Positions 29,540 through 41,500 of a DNA stretch of 64,000 bases are shown one piece after another. Source of the stretch: Anolis carolinensis. Lineage: Eukaryota. The position numbers were made by a program, and so were the translations under genes. The notes below the pieces were generated by a model, which had not been told where the DNA came from, made no database searches, and saw only the letters and a program-made list of their open reading frames with translations. The stretch's first letter is position 1. Each line of letters starts with the position of its first letter. The stretch covers positions 5,774,647 to 5,838,646 of the forward strand of contig NW_026943820.1 of NCBI RefSeq assembly GCF_035594765.1. Direction: 5' to 3'.

Positions 29540-32500
29540 ATGTGGCTGGCCCTCCTGCTGGGAATGCTTGCCTCCTCCTGCGGGGCACTGGACACCCCTT
29601 GCCTCCCGACTGGGGGAAAGACCTGCCATCGCCTGCTGTGGACCCCCTGGCCCCTCCCTGCCACCTGGTCCTGGTGCTGGCGCCGTGGGGGCCGCATCCT
29701 CCCTCTATGGGGCCAGCAAGCAGAAGAGGCCTTCGGGAGCCAAGTGGCAGGCGGGGGCAGGATCAGGCCCCAAGAACAAGAGCAGCATCCACCGGGTGAG
29801 GGGTCCCCGGAGCTCTGGGATACCCCACTGGTGGAGGGGAGGGGGCTTTCAAAATCATTGTCCCCCCAAAATACAAATCGTTTCTGGGGAACAAGAGCAC
29901 TGGGCAACTCCCACTGTTCCAAGGAGGGTTTCCCAGGCCCTGATGGGGGTGGGGGGCAATGGGCAGCCAGCCTGGAAAAAGGGCAGTCAGACATCTCTTC
30001 CTCTCACAGCTGGGGCCTCTTATTCCTCCTCCTCCTCCTCCATCGGGTGCCAGGCTATCATCCGGTTTGGGGACCGCTTATGGGGCAGGAGGGCAACCTG
30101 CTCGCAGAAGCGCTTCTTCATCTGCCAGACGGGTGAGCCCACTTCTTCACACCGCTCCTCTAGACCCACCTCCATGGGGCCAAGGTCTGGGGGGCAGGTG
30201 GGGCATAGGCCCTGACTGCATCGGGACCCAAAAGGGCAAGGGAGGAGGGATGGGCCTTTGACCTCTCCTGATGGAGAGACACTTTTGAAAGGGGCCCCTG
30301 CTGAGCTCTGCCCCCTGCACCCTAACCCTCTCCTCAGGACCTCCCAGGATACGGAGAGAAGTCTCCAACCCCCAGCGAAGGGTAAGTACGTTTTGGAGAA
30401 AGTGCTGAGATGGAATCAGAGGAGGGGGTACCCACTGCACCCACCCCTCATTTGTCTCTCTATCCATCTCTCGATTCCTGCTGATCTCTTTGGTTGAGGG
30501 GCCCTGGTGACCCTGCCCCCTCCCTCTTACCAGCGTTCAAGCTGTCTGAGACTGAGCTGCAGACTGAGACCCCCATGGAGGAGAGCCACACCTGAGCCCG
30601 ACATCCTGACCGTGGGGCCAACAAGCCCCCCTCCAGGCACACAGGAGGGGACAACAGAGGGAGGCTCGTGGCCCAGTGCCAGCCAGGCTCCGGACGGCAC
30701 TCAAGCCCTCCCTTCCACGAGGAAAGAGCTCCACACCACCAGGAAGGAAATCCCCAGCCAGCAGCCTGAAGCGGATCCCCACTGGCCTTCAGGTGCCCCC
30801 CGGGAAGCCTATATCAACCAGACAGAGCCCAGCACCCATCCAGTCATCCAGGTCCAGACACACCAATTAGAAACATCCTCTTCAGCTGCCACAGGGGAAC
30901 CACTGCCGAGAGGAACAAGCAGGTCATCCTTGGAGGAGACAGAAAGCCCAGACCCGGGACCCTCCACCCTCAGTCCTCAAGACCCCTCCCCTGAGGAACA
31001 GGCACAGGTAGTGAGAAAGGGACAGGGGCGTCACCCACCATGTCAGGAGGAGGCTGAGACTGGCCTCTGAGTGGGAGGAGATCCCTCATCCACCCCCCAA
31101 CTGATCCTCCTTCTCCCCCCCCCCCTCCCCACAGGCCCTGGAGAGAGAACTGGGCCAGTTCAGCGAGTCGGTGGCTGAGGAGTCCTCACGGGGAAAAGCC
31201 CACCAGCTGAAGGACCTGACCAGCTCCCCTTCTCTGCTGTCAGAGGCAGCCCAGGTACCAGACAAGGATGGAGGATGGCCCCTTTATGGCTCCCCCCTCT
31301 CTGCATCTGCTAGGAGATGACTCACAGCTTCCTTGGGGAGGAAGCTCTAGATCAGTGATTCCCAAAGTGGGCACCCTGGTGGGCACTGCAGTGATCCAGG
31401 GGGGCGGTGATGGCACCTATTAGGACATGGGGACGGGGCCAGGGGGCAGGGCCTCTTCCCAAGTGCCGGAGACAGGGCTGAGCATCTGAGGCACCTGTTA
31501 GGACATAGGGGACGGAGCTAGAGGAGTGGGTGTGGCTTCTTCCCAAGAGCCCAAGACAGGGCTGAGCCTCTATACCTCTCCTGAGAGGCCTTTTAGGACT
31601 AAAGGGCAGGGCTAGGGGTGGGGGCGGGGCCTCTTCCCAAGAGTGCGAGACAGGGCGGAGCCTCTGTATGCCTCCCCTGAGGGTTTTACATTTTTACTCA
31701 GCATTCACTTACATGTACATGCATTCATCCTCATACATACATCACCATTTCTCCATTCTTCCTCCATGAAGAACATCTCTTAGGCCAGACTGCTTCCTTG
31801 CAAATCTGCCAATGGACAGTTCCAAAATCCTAAAACGCCAAAAAGAACATGACTCCAAAACACACTCTTTTCTCTTCCCTCGTACAAAAGAGGCAAGGGA
31901 CCAGACTGTGTTCCATTGCAGATCGGCCACTACCAAATACATACACTATCTCTGTCCTTCCCATGGAGCAGAGCATAGTGGGTGACCAACTTGCTGTCTA
32001 TCACAATTTTTGAATTGTAATAAAGTCACTTATATAGCAATATTTCTTCTGATATTGTCCCAGAGTTGTAAATTACTGACAGGTTGTTTGGCCAGCCTGA
32101 AACATTATGGCTTCATCTCAGTTTCCTGGCAGATGTCGACTCTGCATAATTGGTGTTGATTCTCAAGAAGGAATCTTGTAAACATTTCCTTAATAGAGCC
32201 ATTGTCTCTGATTAATGTAAACACGTTGTTTTCCCCAAAAAGTTCATCAAGTCAGCAATGTAAACAGTTAAGAAATTTGTCACAGTTCTTATCAGCACCT
32301 TTTAATTAAGTTCAGCAAGCAGGCAGTTAGTCATTGCAGGCCTTAAGCTTAGATTTGTGTCTTCACACTTTATCACTGTTACTCATTTCCATGATATAGC
32401 ACTTTATGAAACCTGTCCCCGCTGGTTCGCTTTTAATTGCTCTGATTTTATCTACTCGTATTTTAATGTATTATCCATTATATTATTTTGTGTATTGTTG

Positions 32501-35500
32501 AAATGTTTTAAGTTTTGTCAAATATGTTGTGTCGTTGTTCGGGCTTGTCCCTGTTGTGAGCCGCCCCGAGTCCCTTTGGGGAGATGGGGCGGGATATAAA
32601 AATAAAGTTTATTATATTATGTTATTATTATTATTATTATTCAGCCAAATTAGGCCCCATCCATACAACTAATTCATACCCATATATCATATTTCTGTGG
32701 CACCTGCCTTAGCAATGAGTCGCCTAAGTAACTGTCTTCCCTGCAGGCCTCTGCCAGCCGGGCCCTCCTATCCCTGAGCACTCAGCTCCTTAGAAAGCGA
32801 AAGAAACCTCGCAAAGTTGGAGTCTCCGCTGCCTCTGACCGCCCTGTGGGCAACCCCTGGCAAGACCTCTTTCAGACTCTGGGCAACCTCCTCCAGGCCA
32901 TGGATAACTCTGACGGGGGACACAAAGAGGTGCTGAGCTGGAGTTTGGGGCAATGCAGGGTGGAAAGGGGAAGCAAGGCAACTGGGCATCCTGAGGGGGA
33001 TTGGACTCCCTCCATGGCCCCCCTGTCTCTCCTTGGCATTAGCCCCCGGCCTCTGTTTTCCAGGGAGAGGTGGCCCTGGAAGATACGCTGGCCTCCCTGC
33101 CCCTTATCCAGAGTGGGCTCCTGATTGGCTGCCCCGGAACACAGACGACGACTGTGGCCTCTCCAGCACTCAGCACCACACTCAGCAGGTGCTTCTTGGG
33201 GTGGGGATGGGTCAGGGGAAGGGCACGCAATGGCACCCAAATGACTCTTTTCCTCCCCCCTCCGTCCCTCCCTTTAGAGCCACCGCGACCTCCCTGCCCC
33301 AGAGCTCCTTCGAGGTACCTGAGCCGAGGCCCGTGAGTGTCACCTTCCCCTCCAGCCCAGCGTTGGAGACCCTGATGGGACCAGAGAGCTACGTCCAGGT
33401 CCGGGTAAGTACAGACCCCCCCCCCCCCAATCAAGATTCCATGCCTTCAACTGCTGGCAATACACTCCATTTTCTGTCCCCTCCTTCCCCCACTTTCTCC
33501 CTTTGCCGTCAAATTATTCAAGTTGCAGCAAGTTGAGTTTAGAATTCAAAAACTCAATGAACAGACAGGGAAGAGGAAGTTGTACTTACCCAGAGTGTCA
33601 GGCGGTGGTCCAGCTCCTGTCTGGAGCACTCTTCTTCCCAGAGGTGATCCAACAATGAGGCGAATTAGGCGGTTGACTATGGCGCAGACCATGCAGGGGC
33701 GCTGTCAAGGCGGCGGTGGACGGGTGGCTGTGCCTTCTGCTGCCGCCGCCACCAGTATTCATCAGCAATTTGTTTGGGGGGGGGGGGTCGCCAAAATTCG
33801 GGAGGGGCGCCAAAATTCCGGTCGCCTACTCCCGAAAATTACATTGGGACGGCTCTGCTTCCTCCTCAATACCTTTTTCCATCTCTGCTACACTTTTCCC
33901 GGTTTCCATCTATGAAATGGAGGGTAAAGCAGCAGGGGCTGTTGGAGGGCCTCTCTTTGCTCCTTGGCCCCATGGGGAGGCATGGTTGGGGGCTGGTGGC
34001 AGGCAGGCCTCAGCATCACCCCTCCCTTGCTCTGCCCCACTCTTCTCCAGGTGGCCTCCTTCGCACTCAACCCCTTCAGGCAGTTGAACGGAAAGCCAAT
34101 CAGAAGTGTAGCCAGTGTGGCTCTGGCAGCAGAGGAGAACGAAACAGCAGAAGAGCAGGCCCTCCATGTCCAGGGCCTCACAGAGGAGATTGAGGTGGGG
34201 GTGCCGATGGAGTTCCCGTGGAGGAGCCCTTCTTGGCACAGCCGATGAAGACCAGGCAGTGGGCTGAGGGTGGGTGGATCTCCTTGAATGGAAGGGGATC
34301 GCCTGGACCCCATGATTAGAATCAAGAGCCTTCCCTGGGTGACATCTGCCCACTTTCCTCTCTTCAGATCAGAAGGGCTTTGGGGTTGAAATAGTATTCA
34401 CAATTTCCTAGTAAGGGGGTATTGTTTTATTTCTGTGCAAGCCGATTTAACCCTTTGTTCATGTTGGACAAGAGCTCACCTGCTTTGGCACCTGGGCCTT
34501 CTGGGCTTGTGCATGGTAGGGAGCAAGAAAGCGGGGAGGAGGCTTTGCTTAGAGAAGGGGGCAATGGGAGGAGAGGGGAGGGTCACCTGGGGGCTGACCT
34601 TTTCCCAGATTGTGCTTGGCGGAGAGGCGGACGGTGGAGAGGCCTCTGCCATGAGCAGCAGCATGGCTGGTTTGGGCGCTGGGCTCTTCAGCTTGGAAGT
34701 GAACATCACATCGCTGGAGGACGCCTTGTTGGTCTCTGTCAGGCCCCAGGTCCCACTGCAGATTACCCTACACCTCTTGGGACCCCCAGGATCCAAAGGA
34801 AACGGCAGTGGCAGCCTCCTCAACACCACGTTCCCTGAGGGCCAACCAGAAGAGGGTGAGATGGCAGGGGAGAAAGGGGCACTGTGGTTGGGAGGCAGGC
34901 GGAGAGGGGGCAGAGGGGCAGATGGATGCAGGCAGCAGGGGGCAGCAGAGCTGGGAGGAAGGGGGATTGTTGGTGCCGCTCTACTGTTCTTCTCCATGAC
35001 CCTCTTCTCCTGCTCCAGAGACTGCCTCTGTGTGGGTCATTCCCCCAGAGAGCCTCCGCTGTGGCCTGGGCACCTACTTCATCTCTGGAGAGGTCACCCC
35101 TGTGGCGAATGCCTCCTGGAACCTCTCAGTGGGCATCCTCAGCAGTGGGTGTTACTACTGGAACAGCCAGGACCAGGCCTGGAAAACCGACGGATGCCGG
35201 GTACGGAGTGGGGCCAGCCAGGGAGAGAAGGATAATGTGTTAGTACAGGGGGCAGGGCAGGGCAGGGTTCCATTTTCTGACATGGCCACTGCCCTTCTCT
35301 GCCCTGTCTACAGGTGGGTCCCCAGAGCTCATTGCTCCGTACCCAGTGCCTCTGCAACCACCTCAGTTTCTTTGGACGCTTCTCCCTGGTCCTGCCGCAC
35401 GTGATTGACCTCCGGCGAACGGGGCTCCTCCTGAGCAGAGTGGGTCAGAACCCAGCTGGAGTGGCCCTTCTCAGCAGCCTCTTGTTGGGCTATCTGGTTG

Positions 35501-38500
35501 CCCTCATCTGGGCCCGATGGAGGCAGAGGGCAGACGCCCGGAAGGTGAGGCCAGAGGGCCAAGCACCTCGACCCAGAGGCAGGAAATGGTCTCGGGCTTG
35601 ACACATACCATGTTGCTTTCCTTCTGCAGGTGAGGGTCCTGGCCCTAGCAGACAATGACCCTGGCGCCCAATTCCTGTATTTGGTGCAGGTCTTCACCGG
35701 CTATCGCTTTGGTGCAGGAACCTCCGCTCAGGTGTGGGAGGGAAGGAGCTCTTTCTCATGGCTGCTTTGCACCCTCAGGGACTCCCTCCTCCCTGCAGAA
35801 TTATACAAAAGCCACCTCTGCTTTGACGGATCCATACATCCCATCCCTTCTGCCTCCAGGCCGTCCTGACCCTCTATGGGGCTGAGGGACGGAGCCGCCC
35901 CCACCTGCTGCAATGCTCAGAGGCCTCCAGAGGCCTTGAGCGTGGTGGGATGGATGCCTTTCTTCTGGCCACTCGCAGACCCCTAGGAAACCTCCATGCC
36001 GCCCGCCTCTGGCACAACCAGACAGGATCCAGTCCCAGCTGGTACGTGGTGCCTAACCAAGAAGGGAAGCTGTGACAGGACCCAAGGCAGGTGCGGGGGG
36101 TGGGGGGAGCTGGGGCCGTTGGGTCTTGCAGGATGTCAGGGAACCCCTTCTTCATCTACACCCAGGTTTGTGCGCCACCTGGTTGTCCGAGACCTGAATG
36201 TGAGGAGGAGGTGGTACTTCCTGTGCAACTGCTGGTTGGCCTCAGACATGGACGATGGGCAAGTGGACAAGGTCTTTGTGGCCGCTTCACAGGAGGAGCT
36301 CCTGTCCCGACGGTAAGGACCTTTTTGCAAAGTATAAAGAAAGTCTTTGGCCATGCGCAGAAGGACTTTCTGTCACCACCTGGCCCTTGGGAGCATGGTT
36401 CCAGGTAGATTGAGCGGGGTGGCACACATCCAGAGGATTGGGAATGTATTGGGAGGTATATGTGCCTCCCTTAGTGGCCTCTCTTCCTCTTCCCCCCCCC
36501 CCCCCACTTGCAGGCACCTCTTCTGGGCTGGGCTGGTGGGAAAGCTGACACAGGAGCACCTCTGGCTCTCAGTGCTGACCTGCTCCATCTGGAGCCCCTT
36601 CACCCGGGTTCAGCGCCTCTCCTGCTGCCTTGCCCTCCTCCTCTGCTCCATGCTCATCAACATCATGTTCTGGAAGGAGGCCCCGAGGGATGACGAGCCT
36701 TCGTCGGAGGCGGGTGAGGAGCCCTCAGCCAAGGTCCTTGATCACAGGACCTTGGCTGCCCCCTCCCACACACTTCACCCTTCTGGGGGTCTGCAAGGGG
36801 TTCTCCTTGTCCCCTCCTTGTCCAGTTGTGTCTTGCAGCAGAACAAGGCCCCTGACCCCTCCCCCCTGGTCCACAGAGCCCTTTGTGGTGACGTGGAAGG
36901 AGCTGATGGTCAGTGCGCAGGTTGCCGTTCTCATGGTGCCAGTGAACCTGATGGTTGTCCATGTCTTCAAACTGGTCCACTCTCCCCTTGGGCCCCAGCA
37001 TCCTCCCAGCACCAGGCCCCCCTGTCCTCCACTGCCCGCTTCACCAGTGGACCCACTCACACACCTGCAGCAGGTGAGACACCTCCTTTGACTTCTGGAA
37101 CAGGGAAACACTTGAACTCCTGTCCTCCCTCCATGCCCTCCCTGCTTCTAGAGGTGATAATTCCCCAAAGGCCCACCTCATTATGGCTCCACTCTTTTTG
37201 CTTGAAGGGAGTCCTGCGTGTTGGCACGGTAGGGACCATAAGCCAGAAAAATAGTAAACTATTGCCTATGTAGCTTTGCCTCTACATATGTCCCTCCCTT
37301 CTTGGGGGCTGGTGCCTTTCTCCAGAAAGTTCCAAGACCAAAAGTTAGCTTGAAATCAACAAGTGAGCTCACAGGTATCACTTATGCCAAGTAGGTGTGG
37401 AAGGTGAGGAAGACCCTCAGCCATTGGTTGATTTTAGATAAGCTGAGATATACATTCTTTGTTGGCTACGCACATGTTGTGATGGACATTTGCATATTAC
37501 GGACCCATTAGAGTGGGTGCCTACGGCTGTTTGCCTTATCATCAGCTGTGATAACAATAAAAGGCTTGTTTTATTGCTCTCTTGGAATTCTCTCCTTTAC
37601 TTCCCCTCCGGGCTAGTCTCCAACAGCACCACCCTTTTGAAATCAAAAATATGAATTTCAATTAGCCATCTTTGCATTTCTTTTCCAGCAAGTGCCTGCA
37701 CTTCTTCATACAATTACAATGTATTTAGTAGCAGTGCTTTGAATCTGTTCTTAGCATCATATTAGGACCAAGCCTTTGCTGAATCTGCGGCAGGGTGAAG
37801 CTGTTTGTTTTCTCTTCTGCTTCTGAGGGACCAAATGCCTCTTTTCTCAGGAACTGATTGAGACGCTGGGTTTCCTCCTCAAGAACATCCTTTGGCAGCA
37901 CAGAGAGGCAGGTGGCTTCCCAGGGGCCCTGCAGCAGGTGCCGGAGCTGGTGGCCAGCCTCTGTGCCCTCGTCCGGTCTCACCTGCAAGCCTTGGAAGAC
38001 CCAGGAGGCCTTCTTCAGGGAAATGGAGCCGGATGCAGCCCCCTCCAGCCCAGCCCAGGCATGTGCACACACCGCCACACTTCCAGCACTGGCCTGGACC
38101 CTGGTGGCCGGGAGGATGAGCATAAGACTCCAGCCCCATGAGCTTTTGCCCTTCTCCTCATTCCAGAGAGGTCCCGCAGCCTCCATAGCTACATCTGCCT
38201 TGTGGTGAAGGACCTGGAGGCGCAGCTCCGTAACCTGGACTGGTGCAGCCTTCCAAAGCCCTACGACTACCTCCATGCTGCAGACCAGCTGCATAAGCTC
38301 TGGAAGAACCTGGAGCAGCACCTGCCACCATTTGTCGTGACAGCCACCCCCTCCGTGGGGTCCAGGTACAGATGCTAAAGGCAATGGGCTGTCCTCTGCC
38401 ACACACCTGAGTGCCTGGGGCTCTCTGCTCTGAGGGAAGACTTGGGAAGCTGTGACCCTCTTGGCGCTTGTTCCCATGGAAGGCGGTGGTGCAGCTTCCC

Positions 38501-41500
38501 TCTCTCATCTTCTCCCTCCTCCTCCTCCTCCTCTTCGGCAGCCCCTTGGGATGCTGCAGCTGCTGGCCCCGGAGCAAGAAAGGCAGCCCCACAAAAGGAG
38601 ATGCAGCCCAGGAAGTGCCGCTGGCTCCACCGCCATCGCTAACCTTCCCCGACTACTCCCGCTGGCGTCTTCCCAGCCGCTGGGGCTTCCTCTGCTGGGG
38701 CCTGGTGGGCACCCTCAGCTTGGCCTCCGCCTTCTTCACGGTGCTCTACAGCCTCCAGATGAGCCGGGAGAGGGCCAGTCGCTGGGCCCTCTCCGTTCTG
38801 CTGTCCGTGCTGCAGAATGTCCTTCTCATGCAGCCACTCAAGGTGGGCTCCCACCCAAGGAGCACCTGCTCTAGCCAATGGCTCAATGATGGAGGGCTGT
38901 GGCCACAGAGCACCCTCCTCTGAAGCTATACTTACTTCAGGCCCCATGAAGTAAGAGGGAGCAGGATGGGGGCTGGTGAAAACCTCATGTTCATCTCCCC
39001 ATCGGCAGGTGCTAGTCCTGACCGCTCTGTTCTCACTGATGCGCAAGAAGCAGCTCTGGGAGGACGAGGGGCAGGAGCGTCGGCTGCACCAGGCACTGGG
39101 TGCCCTCCTTGCAGGTGAATGGGCTCAAAAGGCTCACCTCCATGGCATCCCACCCCTATCTAACTTTTAGCACAACACCACACGTACGATGTCATAGGCA
39201 TCACTGAAACCTGGTGGGATGACTCCCATCACTGGGATGTAGCCATTGAGGGCTATAACCTCTTTCTATGATTCTATTCTTGGACTCAGGGTGGGAGGCT
39301 CAGGGCCAGGGCTAGTATTAGCAGAGGACCACTGGCCTCAAAAGACTCAAGCCATTGAAGCCACTTAGCCTGACTGCTCCTCCCTGTTTGCCAATCCTCC
39401 AGAGAGACAACACTACCCACCAACCTTCCAGCACTACACTGGCCCTCTGCCCAGGCCGCCTGCCCTCAAATCCACTGCAAGAGCCACGGATCGGACCCTG
39501 AGAGAAAAGAAGTTGTACTCCTGGCTCTGGGAGATTGTGGGTGAGGAGTGTAAAGGGAGGGAGGGAGACATAGTTGCCCCAGGGCCCCAAGTGAAGGGGG
39601 ACATTCTTTTGGCGAGAGCAGCCGTGAAGATGACCCCCTTCTTGCAAGGCCCATTTCCTTCTCCTTCCATCACAGGGCAGCTTGTCTTCCTGGCTGTCCT
39701 GATGACACTCAGCTACATTGAGAGGAGCCCTGAAGACTTCTACTTGAATGCTGCCCTCCAGAGGAGGCTGACCACTGGGCTGGCCGAGGTCCAGACAACT
39801 ACGCAGTTCTACTTCTGGGCCTCAAAGACCCTGGTGCCAGCCATTTATGAGGACGACGAGTCTCAGGGAGCCGGGGGAGACCCAGCAACAGGTGCTGAGT
39901 CAGAGGTGGAGGTTTAAAGTGGGGAGGGAGGGAGGCCAGCCCTTTACAGCAGAGCCCCATACATGTGCATGCACACGGGCCTTCTCTTGCGCCCTGTCAA
40001 ATCACTGTTAACAGTATGCCCGTATAGTTTGATTTGCAGAGTGCGGAAGTTTGTAAGCCCTTATCCTGTTGAAGATATAACAGCCCTTTCTTACTCTGTG
40101 TGTCCCTGAACTCAAATCCTGATGAAGGGACAAAAACCATGAGTCAGCTGTGCTTTAAAGCAAAAACTGAAAGTAGTTCAGTCACTTAAGGATAGCAAAA
40201 ATACAACACAGTTCATAGCAATTTTCATCACATTGAAAGGCAAACAAATACTCTCTCCTTGAGAACACGTAGGCAGGGAAACATAAACAGTTCAATTTTT
40301 TCCTTGCAAAGTGGTCCACGATGCCCTTGACTGGTGCCATGAGATGAATACTCACTCCTGGCTTTTCAGTAGCTTTCTTCAGCTTTCCAGCTATATCAGC
40401 ATGCAGCAGCAACTTGTGGCTACACCAGTTCCTTAGGCGATCCCTCATAGTTCAAGGAGGATTGTCTTCCATCTTTGGTGTCTTGGGGTGGGTTCTTAGG
40501 TGGCTGAAGAGACCTATTCTTCATCTGCATGTTCTCCTGCTACACCAGTAGCTAACAGCCAACACCCGTGGCTAGCAGTCAATACCACCAGCAGTGAGCA
40601 ACTAACCCACAGATTGTTGTATGCCTTAGGCTTGGTAACACGCTCATCCAACAACTACTCTGCTCCACTATTGTTAAAGACTCTGATCCTTATTATGACT
40701 TAGGAAAAGTTTGTAGTAACCTCTGAGTATCAACACACCCCTCTGCCTTCTTTCGGTGTCTGTTCCCCCCCCCCCCTCCTTCCCCAGGTTTGGCCGCAGA
40801 TGGAAACTCCCTCCTGGTGGGCAGCGTGAGATTGCGGCAGATCCGGGCAAAGAAGGGCAACCCCAACCCCTGGCTGCCTCTCTCCCTCCGCCAGGAGATA
40901 AAGGCCCCTTCTGCCCGCTCTTGGGGCCCTCCTGGCCTAAAGAGGGAGGGGCAGGGGCAAGAGGGGGGGCCCTGGGAATTCCAGAGCGAGAGCACCTTGA
41001 GGGAATACCCCGTCTGGGGCAGGTTTGCTCTCTACCCTGGAAGTGGTTACGTGGCCCATCTGGGCACCAACGCAAGCCATGCCCAGAGGTGAGTGGCATC
41101 CCTGGAGCTGGCATTCTTCTGGAGTGGCATTTCTCCCTCCCTGCATCCACAGTCTCTGAGCACTAACTCCTCTCCCAGGACCATCCATCAAGATGCAGGT
41201 GGTAGGAGTGTTGGTCCCCCAATTTCTCTCCCTACTGCTGTCTGTTGCCCCCAAGAACTCAACGGGACCACTTGAAGGTGCCACATGCCCAAGAGCAGTT
41301 GTGGGGGCCTCTGGTTGAAACAGCCCAAGCCCAAGGCTCTGCTTTCTGTCCCTCCCTCCCCAGGGTCCTCTGGTACCTGATGCGGCAACGCTGGCTTGAC
41401 AGGGAAACACGTGCCATCTTTGTGGAGCTAGTGGTCTATAATGTGAACGTGAATCTCTTCTGCTCCATCACACTGATCCTGGAGAACAACGGAATAGGCA

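Noticed and set aside
31352-32350. Possible DNA-transposon remnants in a PKD1L3 intron
   Set aside because: TIR-like starts (CAGTGATTCCCAAAGTGGG; GGGTGACCA) are visible, but matching ends, TSDs and family could not be established by eye.
37725-38477. 250-aa antisense ORF and similar long GC-rich ORFs (12880-13626, 44022-44849, 50987-51592)
   Set aside because: They lie opposite or across real exons, UTRs or CpG islands, show no recognisable domain, and are expected in GC-rich DNA.
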